DNA from: Wolbachia endosymbiont strain TRS of Brugia malayi
Lineage (GTDB): Bacteria > Pseudomonadota > Alphaproteobacteria > Rickettsiales > Anaplasmataceae
Assembly (NCBI RefSeq): GCF_000008385.1
Contig: NC_006833.1
Span: 1,048,085 to 1,080,084 of the forward strand
Length of the DNA stretch: 32,000 nucleotides
Reading direction: 5' to 3'
Shown here: positions 10,101 through 18,111 of the stretch, in pieces
Layout of the letters: each line of letters begins with the position of its first letter
Numbering within the stretch: position 1 is the stretch's first letter
The notes under the pieces: model-generated
What the model saw: only the letters and a program-made list of their open reading frames with translations
What the model was told of the DNA's origin: nothing
Databases searched by the model: none
Translations under genes and position numbers: made by a program

Positions 10101-10255
10101 ACCCAATGAATTTCAGTACCTTCATCAGCTTTATGAACTGGAACATCCACATTAACACTAGTATTTCTGCTCTGCAACCCAGGTTCAACGCAATCTATGT
10201 TGCAACCAGTAATTGTGAAATATAGTATCAATAATAGCAATCTTTTGTTTATCAT
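7133..10255 (-). CDS. virB6: VirB6/TrbL-family T4SS inner-membrane protein, paralogue 3 (1040 aa)
   Basis: The ATG start overlaps the upstream gene's stop as ATGA. Lipobox is TITGC. The N-terminal domain carries WVDSG..INFCP. The TM block carries RMMKIAFIAF and PLFIIFILFQQTKSLFDNWIKTL. The C-terminal tail is Lys/Glu-rich. Confidence 0.85.
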   Translation of the reverse strand: MINKRLLLLILYFTITGCNIDCVEPGLQSRNTSVNVDVPVHKADEGTEIHWVDSGQVISKGEEIKFTLDGSINFCPLKEDKNPRKVLVPAVFCADGSIPSYSDELINNSGLNEQEVCKNVGFGNSQSYSKRRYVDTGIKVNFGDRLRFRLVPREITIDHGNPGGKGISFDDNCYRTEKGDDKATIKDMLNGGTFYCENNGKRIAEKFPQLSKENMERREVLVGNGYTPYDNKVHFNRGYIQDESPWMHGSLLDLRRTKIGLNELCDGKDCDFNKIQKQSSTKIELDQLCKRGKCDSDEIKKYSSYELNCYYQNVCYTERGIWNYSSHENKERNCVSSIRYNKYDKGNKCDMYSYLEEIQKRLKSTEQNKQDTEQVNKNNKDSGDEDDEEDKDISRAEALVAKISDPGGASIPGSERYDMKDTAKGTQCLPKRKGAHENLVCSELNDNFRHFSLRLNHDYAIDMEGVKPNSSVMLAIADYGHYYYNRGGYHVEVTRSCEYINGQKLYMYLGDEPPKDLRGIGTSDFQIVGVRKGKDEYIILDVISGEHFRDGESKKIYFGIDVRSAEKDDITDKNGRYYENNKYIVTLFIKRKINDFISSNINKIFNFIKKEVIGDSVKVSYEGYTKSLLQGVRALLTLYVIFTVVGYMLGTIQLSKFDFIIRMMKIAFIAFALSDRSWELFGMTLSKLFMDGSTYLVDSFSGYIGEGSERFAFLDLTAGVLFTGETWLKFLSLMLAGPFGFVTFLIILHASFTFLQCIISATFKYVISTILVAFLLSLTPLFIIFILFQQTKSLFDNWIKTLAHVVVQPVVLFSSLSILNQLMYSALYNLTNFSACYQCLISVNFLSYDLCIMKSILPLGYNPGTSVDVALNTGERTGGHFAALPIDLIQAFIYLIIAGTMEVFVGASEAVAQAIFGAGYGIINGVSNVASSASQSILSTVGLDRDTQGNIKRIRGAIHKDPAEIKAQLPTPKESQAEKLSDVSNKEKPDDGKDAKKKQKQTEEQLKAPSKKKRSNQEDSGEATSTSSDDHQSKEDEKKN

Positions 10256-12669
10256 GACGGACCGCTGCCTCCTCCTGTAGGTATTCTAGGTACTGGAGCC
10301 CTTTGCGGTATTTGGGCTTTTTGGCTTGGTGCACCTGATTGTTGAGGAGCACCCCCTTCTTCGCTTCTTTCTCTTCTTTGAACGCTTTCCTCGTCTAACC
10401 CTACTGTTCTCATAAAACTCTGTTGATATTGTTTTCCAGGTTCACTCATTACATAAACACTAAATAATGAGTCGGATATTTTCGAAGAAGCTTCAACTAA
10501 GGCTTTCATAGCGTGACCCAGGATAACAAAAGCCATCATAGCAGTGATGTTAGGTGTATACTTGGAAGCATACCCGTAGAAAATACAAGATTCAAAAATT
10601 TTTAGGTTGATACTAAGTATACATGTAGAACAGACTTCAAAATCAAACACTGAATATATGATGTAATCCATAACTTGAGTTATTAATGATATAGAAATTA
10701 AAAGCACTACTGGATGAATCGCAAATCTTGCCAAGTGTTTGACCCAGTTGCGAAACATCTGCCTAGTGTACGCAAATAGAAGGCAAATAATAAAGAAAGG
10801 TGCTAAAGATAGTAATAGCACAACTATTGCTATGGATGTAATAAAAGAAAATAGGGCATTAAAAATAGATGAGCTCACTGTTATTAAACCCCAAATCACC
10901 AAACAGAAAGATACAATGCCCAAAGGGCCAGAAAATATAAGAGATACTATTAACAACACTGAATGTGATGATAAAAATCTATTTAATGGTAAATCAAGAA
11001 ACTCAAAAACATTTGATGTTGTACCCCTGAAGTTTGCTATTTCTATTAAATGTTTTGGAATGTTAATAAAAATAGAAAATGCATTATTATAGAAAAAATT
11101 CCAACTATCATCCCGCAACAACTGGGTAATAATTCCTATCTTTACGCATATAATTAAAAATTCATATATAGAAATATGAGATAACCCAAAGAAGTAATAA
11201 AGGGTATATAAGATTATATACAATACTAACAGCGATACTATTGTAGATCTAATGGTTTTTGTCTTGCCCAATGATATGAAACTCTGGTAAAGAGCCTTGC
11301 CAAGGCTAGTATCAGAATGAATTGCGTCAGGGTCTTTGTAGTTAGAGCCAAAAAACGTAGTCTTTACTTTCTCATCAAAAAAATTATATATTGCACTGAA
11401 GGTTTTTATAGGTGGCTCTTTGATTGTCAAGTTGATGCTAAATTGACCTTCATTTTTCTTATAATCGCAACCTTGATCTCTTATTCCGTAATATATGATG
11501 CCGCTTTTGCCTTTTAATTTTCCTTTTAAGTCTTCCATATACTGAGTATCATGAACTCCACTAACATCCACAGGTATATCCTCCTGATTTTCACCAGGAT
11601 TATGCTCAGGAAGTTTGTCAGAAATGCGTATATATAAGTTATTTTTTAGGCTATGTTTTTTTGTTACTCTTATGTTGAAACCACCCTTGCCACTGCTATC
11701 ACCTAACCTAAAAGTTAATTTTGGTACTGGATGATCATTATCTATTTTGTAATCACAATTAGTACATATGCCACCTGTTGGAACGGGTTCAAATTTTTCA
11801 CCATCCATATTAATACTTAATAATGCAATATCAGTTTTTATCTGCTTTTCCTTTAGTATTTTACTAATAGCTTCAACATCAATAGATTTACCACTAGTAC
11901 TATTAATGGACTGGAATATCTTACCTTCTATACTATTGTATTCAACATACACACAACCTTTGTTTTCGTTGCCAGAAGCAAATTTACATATACGTCCGCA
12001 GAGTAAATTTAAAATGCGCGCATCTATCCCACCTTTCTGATCATTTGAAAGACTACTGCAGTCTATGTTTTCTCCTTGCCTTATAGAGTTGATAATATTT
12101 TTAATTTCCTCCTCATCTTGATCTAACTTCGAAAAATTTGGATTCCAGTACTCTTTTCCGCTTAACCATTGTAGGTTGCCTACAATATATTTATTAGGAC
12201 ATATTGTATACTGATATTTTTCACCCTGCCATATTGCCTGACATTCATTTTGATTTAAAACATGTGCAAAATATTCTGTTTCTTGCTCTCTACACTTTTC
12301 ATCGATTTTTATATACCTGATTGTATCATCTTTTTTGTCTTTACACACTTTACTTCCAATGACACTGAAGCTTATCGAATCACCTGCTTTAAGCGCAAAT
12401 GGTAATGTACGTGGGACTATACCATTATCTATTTCAGGACTAATTGCAAAATCTTCATACTGGGGACAAAAATTAACCTTGCTAGGCACTATACTAATTT
12501 CCGTTACTTTTATTCTATCTGAAATGTAAACACCAGAGTCGACCCACTTCTGTTGCGTCGAAACTATATCTAATTTTTCGCGCAAGCTTGATAAGCTCTC
12601 TGGTTTGATACAGCGATCTTCACAACCAGATAACAAAAAGAGTACTAATATCAACAAAAACTTATGCAT
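10252..12669 (-). CDS. virB6: VirB6/TrbL-family T4SS inner-membrane protein, paralogue 2 (805 aa)
   Basis: ATG start. Lipobox is LLSGC. The N-terminal domain carries WVDSG..VNFCP. The TM block carries PFFIICLLFAYTRQMFRNWVKHL. The C-terminal tail is Pro/Gly/Gln-rich. Confidence 0.85.
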   Translation of the reverse strand: MHKFLLILVLFLLSGCEDRCIKPESLSSLREKLDIVSTQQKWVDSGVYISDRIKVTEISIVPSKVNFCPQYEDFAISPEIDNGIVPRTLPFALKAGDSISFSVIGSKVCKDKKDDTIRYIKIDEKCREQETEYFAHVLNQNECQAIWQGEKYQYTICPNKYIVGNLQWLSGKEYWNPNFSKLDQDEEEIKNIINSIRQGENIDCSSLSNDQKGGIDARILNLLCGRICKFASGNENKGCVYVEYNSIEGKIFQSINSTSGKSIDVEAISKILKEKQIKTDIALLSINMDGEKFEPVPTGGICTNCDYKIDNDHPVPKLTFRLGDSSGKGGFNIRVTKKHSLKNNLYIRISDKLPEHNPGENQEDIPVDVSGVHDTQYMEDLKGKLKGKSGIIYYGIRDQGCDYKKNEGQFSINLTIKEPPIKTFSAIYNFFDEKVKTTFFGSNYKDPDAIHSDTSLGKALYQSFISLGKTKTIRSTIVSLLVLYIILYTLYYFFGLSHISIYEFLIICVKIGIITQLLRDDSWNFFYNNAFSIFINIPKHLIEIANFRGTTSNVFEFLDLPLNRFLSSHSVLLIVSLIFSGPLGIVSFCLVIWGLITVSSSIFNALFSFITSIAIVVLLLSLAPFFIICLLFAYTRQMFRNWVKHLARFAIHPVVLLISISLITQVMDYIIYSVFDFEVCSTCILSINLKIFESCIFYGYASKYTPNITAMMAFVILGHAMKALVEASSKISDSLFSVYVMSEPGKQYQQSFMRTVGLDEESVQRRERSEEGGAPQQSGAPSQKAQIPQRAPVPRIPTGGGSGPS

Positions 12670-12719
12670 AGCTTACCAAGTTCTGGTTACTTAAATATTT
12701 AAGCATTTGTTACCCATCT

Positions 12720-15344
12720 TTAACTTTCAGTAGAGTTAGCAGCTTCACTGGCAGCACTCTGTGCAGCGTCAGCAGTACCTCTAATAGCTTCTCCAGTAGC
12801 ATTAGCAGCTTCAGAACCGACAGTTGCAGGGGATCGTCCACTTTTATCATCAGCATTTCCAGATGCAAGAGCTCTAGAGTCATCCCTTGCCTTCTGAGCT
12901 TCTTTAGCAGCTCCAGCAGCATCTCCGGAATGAGCTTTACCAACAGCTCCAGCAATAGCCTTAGCTACAGAGAAAGCTTTGGACATCATTTTTCCAGGTG
13001 TAGCACCAGAACCGAGTGCCGCCCTGTGATTACCAGAAAGTTCTGCAGCCATATCAGGAAGGATGTTTAAGAAGTGATAAAACAGGAACAGTATTAGAGC
13101 TAATTTTAATAATTCTCCGATGAGAGAATTACCAAACTCCATGTATGTAAAATCAAATAGACCAAGTATGTTGCTCTTCTCCCATTTGTAATTTTGCATC
13201 ATGCATGCAAGAGTATTTTCATTTTTATCACATTCACCACTTTTCAACTTAAACCACTGTTTTTCGTTGCCTAATATTTTTATCTTTTCTTCTTTTTCAA
13301 AATGTAAATTTTTAAAATAGATTTTATCACATGCTATGAACATAAAGGACAAAAACGCAAAAAGCATAACTGGGTATAGGCTATAGGTAATCAATTCTCT
13401 TAGCCACCCATCGAAATACCCTTTAGTGTGTTGGAATAAAACCATAGGGATAAACAAGGGTGATAAAATGATGATTATGCTTAAAGCAATGAGGGATAGG
13501 ATAAACACATAGCACATCCATAAAATAACCATCATCATCATAATAGCCATGAATATAGCGACAAGGGCTACTAAAATTTGTCCACCAGCGCAAATAATAC
13601 CGATTACTGAACCTGCAACTAACAAGGCAGGAGCAGCACCTAGTAAGATAGCCAATATTCCTACATCTCCAGTACCAATTTTGCCAGCAATTCCATCCAA
13701 AGGTGCACCTAGATAAAATAAAATTCTACAATCAAGCCTATCCCAGGGTGCGAGATAACTGTAATTTGTTGTATCATTTTTGTAATCCTTCGCTTCATAA
13801 TTACATATACCTTTACTTTCAGATGACGCTTTTAATACTATCTCTGATAAACCATTTGAAAGCTTTGTTAATTCTCCATAATAATGAGACATGGTATTGC
13901 CTGTTGTGAAGTAAATCACTAAAGCAAATTTAATGATCAACATATACATTTCTTGAGGACTATGAACTCCACCAGACATAGCTTTTATAGAGAACAATAT
14001 TAAAGCTAAAACCAAAACAGCAGTGATGGTGTTCTTCAGCCTTTCCTGTGCTACAGATATAAAGCTTTCACCATTTGGTGTACCTTTACCTGCAACTAAA
14101 TTATCTAACGATTCCTTAATGCATTGCACTATCATAGAAGTTATAGGAATAGGAGCTAATGATTTACTTCCGGCCTGATTGTGGCAAGCTTCAGAGACAT
14201 ACGAGCTGAAACAGCCTTTATTGTCGTAACCTACAAAAATTTCCTTTTTTTCTTCCCTTTCCCTTATTAGAGTTTTGTAATCTTTACTCTCATTTCCTTT
14301 AAGAAGGTCCTTAATAGGGTTTGGGTCTGTGATAATTATGCCACCCTTATTTTTAAATTTCATCTTAGATTCATCACACATAGGGGCAAGTGGGTCAGGT
14401 GGCAACTCTGTACATCCCATATCAACTCCTTGCGGCCAGGGAGTCATTGAGATGCCAAGCGTACTAATACTGGCTAACTCTACACACAACCTGCCCATCT
14501 TTCTTAGTGCTTTAAATGTTGACCCATGTATGGTTTTACTCTGTCCAGCTTTGAGGACTTTACAGTCTAGGTCGCCGTCAACTTTTGGAGACCATGATCC
14601 ATCTACATATCCAGTATCTTTTTCCCTGACATCAAAGTTTATATACTTATCTTCCCCTCTGCGATCGAAATCTTCCTTTTTAAAAAGATTACCAAATGTT
14701 AAGGGGTTTCGATGACATACTTCTATATATTCACTATACTGCACACTATTTTTTGGCCAGTAATAATTTCCTGTATTGTTCTGAACATTGGGGTTCAAAG
14801 CTTCTCTTTCTGCTCTTTTTCTATCGTAGTCTTCTTTGTTTGCGTTTTTCCGAGTTTTATTTTGCAAACAAGAAAAATACTCATCTTCTTTTTGATAATT
14901 CTTATTAGTACAATCCGCATACCCTCCATCTAATAGTGCAAAGTCCTTATATTCCCCATCATGATCGCGCGCAACTGGATGTCTAACAAAACTATGCTCA
15001 CAAACAACAAGTCCTCCTATCGCTTTCCAGACCCCAACAATTGCAGCTATCATTCCAACGATAACAAGAGCAGTAAATAAGCCAGAGGAAGAGAAGATCA
15101 AAACAATGCCAGTCCATACTGCACCAACGGCAATTGCTATTCCTGCAATAGCTGCAGCTGTTTTAAAAGCCCCACAGTCAGGGTTAGAGGCGCGACTAAA
15201 GCTGCCAGCAGAACTAAATCTGCTAACAAATTCCGTCTTGTCAGTACCACTTACTCCGTCTGCAAATACTGGACATGAGAGTAAAAAATCTATATTTAGT
15301 AAAAATACTGCAATTAATAGCAATGACAGCTTAGTCTTAAACAT
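12720..15344 (-). CDS. virB6: VirB6/TrbL-family T4SS inner-membrane protein, paralogue 1 (874 aa)
   Basis: The ATG start overlaps the virB4 stop by 8 nt. There is a signal-like N-terminus (FLLSC) and two extra Ala/Gly/Ile-rich TM helices. The TM block carries PLFIPMVLFQHTKGYFDGWLREL. The C-terminal tail is Ala-rich and low in complexity. Confidence 0.85.
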   Translation of the reverse strand: MFKTKLSLLLIAVFLLNIDFLLSCPVFADGVSGTDKTEFVSRFSSAGSFSRASNPDCGAFKTAAAIAGIAIAVGAVWTGIVLIFSSSGLFTALVIVGMIAAIVGVWKAIGGLVVCEHSFVRHPVARDHDGEYKDFALLDGGYADCTNKNYQKEDEYFSCLQNKTRKNANKEDYDRKRAEREALNPNVQNNTGNYYWPKNSVQYSEYIEVCHRNPLTFGNLFKKEDFDRRGEDKYINFDVREKDTGYVDGSWSPKVDGDLDCKVLKAGQSKTIHGSTFKALRKMGRLCVELASISTLGISMTPWPQGVDMGCTELPPDPLAPMCDESKMKFKNKGGIIITDPNPIKDLLKGNESKDYKTLIREREEKKEIFVGYDNKGCFSSYVSEACHNQAGSKSLAPIPITSMIVQCIKESLDNLVAGKGTPNGESFISVAQERLKNTITAVLVLALILFSIKAMSGGVHSPQEMYMLIIKFALVIYFTTGNTMSHYYGELTKLSNGLSEIVLKASSESKGICNYEAKDYKNDTTNYSYLAPWDRLDCRILFYLGAPLDGIAGKIGTGDVGILAILLGAAPALLVAGSVIGIICAGGQILVALVAIFMAIMMMMVILWMCYVFILSLIALSIIIILSPLFIPMVLFQHTKGYFDGWLRELITYSLYPVMLFAFLSFMFIACDKIYFKNLHFEKEEKIKILGNEKQWFKLKSGECDKNENTLACMMQNYKWEKSNILGLFDFTYMEFGNSLIGELLKLALILFLFYHFLNILPDMAAELSGNHRAALGSGATPGKMMSKAFSVAKAIAGAVGKAHSGDAAGAAKEAQKARDDSRALASGNADDKSGRSPATVGSEAANATGEAIRGTADAAQSAASEAANSTES

Positions 15345-17742
15345 TTTTTACCTTCTGATAAAATATAGGCAACCATACTTTTGGGTCATCCCCGACTTCT
15401 TTTAATATATCATGTAACAGTATGACACTCTCTGCACGTCCAGATAATACGTTAACTATATCATCTAAACCTTTTAAGTCTATTCTAGCTACCACAGCAT
15501 TAATCCCTTGTTTTACCAAAAAAAATCTAGTACTTGGATCTGTGTGCTTGATTAGTATGTACTCGCGTTCAGTTAACATAAAAACATTCCGATAGATACT
15601 AGTAGCTTTTAGATTTGGCAAAAAAATCTGTGTTGCCGTTTGCTGTACAAGTGTATCACTAATAGCACTTTTACTTGCATCTTCAACGCTCTGAGTAGCA
15701 AAAACCACAAAAGCATTTAATTTTCTCAGCACTTTCAACCAGTCCTTTATCTTAGGTGCAAAAACTGGATTATCTATTAATGCCCACGCCTCATCAAGGA
15801 CGATAATAGATGGAGTGCCATCAAGAGATATACTAATCCTGTGAAATAAATAAATCAAGACCGGCCCAAGAGCAATGGGATCTTTGAGCAAGCTAGCCAT
15901 TTCAAAGCCAAATACTCTTGCTTTTGAAAAATCTAGCAAATCTTCTTTATTATCAAATATTGCAGCATGAGAGCCATTACCATGCCACATAGATATCGCT
16001 CCAGCTAGAGTATCAGAACCTGCAAGCCCTAAAAATGGTACTAGGTTTCTTAAGAATCTGTCTTCTTTTCTTAATTTAAAATTTCCCTCAATTGCATCAT
16101 TAACTCGTGTAATATCTTCAGAAGTGAATTTATCATTATATACTGAAATTAAAGACTTTATCCACTCCATTAAGAAGGTTCTATTGTCAGGAGTATCGTC
16201 AAGTTGTAGGGGATTAAAATTCGTCTTAGTTCTTGGTTCTATCAGAGTATAAATACCACCAAGTGCTCTTAGGAAAATCTCCGCACCGCGGTCTTTGTCA
16301 AAAAAGAATATTCTTGGAGAAAATTTCATTGCTTGGGCACATAGGAAATTCATTAAAACAGTTTTACCAGCACCAGTTGGACCAATTATCATAGTATGTC
16401 CAACGTCCCTTATGTGAAAGTTGAAGAAAAATGGAGTGCCAGATGTTGTGTCAAAGACTGTTACAGCATCTCCCCAGTGGTTATTGAATTTATTACCGGT
16501 AGGATAATTATGTTGGGATACAAAGCCAGCCAAATTAAGACTGCTTATCGTACCTTTTCTCACTATATAGTCAAAATTACCAGGAACTTGTGCCCAAAAT
16601 GCCGGTTCAAGGTTAACTTTTTCACGGATAGGGTAAACACCGCAATTAGAAAGCTCAGACTCTACAAATGATAAAGCATTATCCAATGATTTGGGGCTTT
16701 TTTCTATACATAAGATAGTTAAGTGATGTTCACCGAATACAATTCTACCACTCATTGCATCATCAAGTGCATGAGAAATTTCTGCGATTTGAGAAATAGC
16801 TTTATCTGCAGATTGTATCATCCGATTTTGCTGTATCTGCATTTTGGCAATTGCCATTTGTCTATTTGTAAACTGGAAAGACTGTGTAATAATAAATTCA
16901 TAAGGAAGCTGCAAAAAGTGGTCAAGCATTCCTGCAGAAGTATTATTTCCATATTCTTTGATACTAACTATTCCAGCGTATTTACTTTCATTATGAGTTA
17001 CAACCTGTATCATCTTACGGCCAAAAAATAACCTATGTACCGGTAAGTATCTTGATATTTCAGTTTTTAGCGGAAGGAGTGTGTTTGTAATGAAGCCACA
17101 ATTTACGATCCTAGATAGGAATTCCATTATTTCACAGAACAGACCATTTGGGGTTTCTTTTACTCCAAGAATTTTGGGCGAATAACTTCTAAGGTTTGTC
17201 ATTACGCGGTTCGTTGTTTCTTCTAAATCTTCATAGGTAGCACGCATATCGCTTTCCCAAGCATGTTTTGAAGTTACATGTCCAAATTTCTTTAGTAGAT
17301 GCGATAAAAATTCTACTCCTTTTGTGTCTGCTCTACGAATAATTGTAATATATAGATCATTAATAAATGACTGCCTTGTTGCGTGTTTCTCTCTCCATTT
17401 TAAATTTACGTGGTTAGCAAAAAAGTTTGGAAAATTTTGACTTGCAAACTCATCAGAAAAAATATTTTTTTTACGTCTGATAGTATGAAAATATAGACCA
17501 AACGCTGGAGATGAAATGCTTCTCAGCATCTGATTTCTGATATTGTTTTGTATTACCAGATCTTCGTCATCGGCTGTTTCAAATGCAAAGCCGCTTAACT
17601 TGATGAACTTAACTAACCAATCTTGTTTCGTTATCAAGGTTGTACTATTCCAATAGCAAGAATAAGGAATAAATTCAGCAGCGTGAACTTCCCTGCTTAG
17701 AATAGACTTATTCTTTGATTGAATGGCTCTGAATTTCAACAT
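15337..17742 (-). CDS. virB4: type IV secretion ATPase VirB4
   Basis: 801 aa with an ATG start. It has Walker A GPTGAGKT, Walker B IIVLDEAW and a FATQS motif. It sits directly after virB3 with a 9-nt gap. Confidence 0.95.
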   Translation of the reverse strand: MLKFRAIQSKNKSILSREVHAAEFIPYSCYWNSTTLITKQDWLVKFIKLSGFAFETADDEDLVIQNNIRNQMLRSISSPAFGLYFHTIRRKKNIFSDEFASQNFPNFFANHVNLKWREKHATRQSFINDLYITIIRRADTKGVEFLSHLLKKFGHVTSKHAWESDMRATYEDLEETTNRVMTNLRSYSPKILGVKETPNGLFCEIMEFLSRIVNCGFITNTLLPLKTEISRYLPVHRLFFGRKMIQVVTHNESKYAGIVSIKEYGNNTSAGMLDHFLQLPYEFIITQSFQFTNRQMAIAKMQIQQNRMIQSADKAISQIAEISHALDDAMSGRIVFGEHHLTILCIEKSPKSLDNALSFVESELSNCGVYPIREKVNLEPAFWAQVPGNFDYIVRKGTISSLNLAGFVSQHNYPTGNKFNNHWGDAVTVFDTTSGTPFFFNFHIRDVGHTMIIGPTGAGKTVLMNFLCAQAMKFSPRIFFFDKDRGAEIFLRALGGIYTLIEPRTKTNFNPLQLDDTPDNRTFLMEWIKSLISVYNDKFTSEDITRVNDAIEGNFKLRKEDRFLRNLVPFLGLAGSDTLAGAISMWHGNGSHAAIFDNKEDLLDFSKARVFGFEMASLLKDPIALGPVLIYLFHRISISLDGTPSIIVLDEAWALIDNPVFAPKIKDWLKVLRKLNAFVVFATQSVEDASKSAISDTLVQQTATQIFLPNLKATSIYRNVFMLTEREYILIKHTDPSTRFFLVKQGINAVVARIDLKGLDDIVNVLSGRAESVILLHDILKEVGDDPKVWLPIFYQKVKNV

Positions 17743-17751
17743 TGCATAACA

Positions 17752-18048
17752 TTAAGTAATGTCGTAAGAATTGGCTCCATAGTAAAAACGATTCAAACAT
17801 TTAGAGCATTTTCCTAATTTTACCATAAATAATTCAATAAACAACGGTTCTTTTGCAGAAGCTATATAACCAAGTCCATGTATCCCTGGTAACATCAAAA
17901 GAATTATTCTAAGATCGTTTGAGTTGATAAAAATTAACATACAAATTAGAACGTTTAGTATTGCAAACATGTAACTCACACCAAAAAGCATTGCAGGTCG
18001 TGTAAGACCTTTAAATAACTGATCTGTTTGTATGCTGCCTGTGGACAT
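17752..18048 (-). CDS. virB3: type IV secretion protein VirB3
   Basis: A small two-TM protein (LFKGLTRPAMLFGVSYMFAILNVLICMLIF) lying immediately upstream of virB4. The longest ORF begins with GTG at 18078. The ATG at 18048 is preceded by GAAGGG and gives 98 aa, which is typical VirB3 length. Confidence 0.8.
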   Translation of the reverse strand: MSTGSIQTDQLFKGLTRPAMLFGVSYMFAILNVLICMLIFINSNDLRIILLMLPGIHGLGYIASAKEPLFIELFMVKLGKCSKCLNRFYYGANSYDIT

Positions 18049-18111
18049 ATATACCCTTCTCACTAATAGCTCTAACACTAATACTACATCATTAATTAAA
18101 AATCCATTGAA

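Noticed and set aside
12710-12955. 81-aa Leu-rich minus-strand ORF overlapping the 3' end of virB6-1
   Set aside because: It is an alternative frame of the GC-rich Ala-coding (GCN) tail, and repetitive CTG/CTT codons generate an artefactual poly-Leu protein. The virB6-1 frame is continuous with the conserved TM domain.
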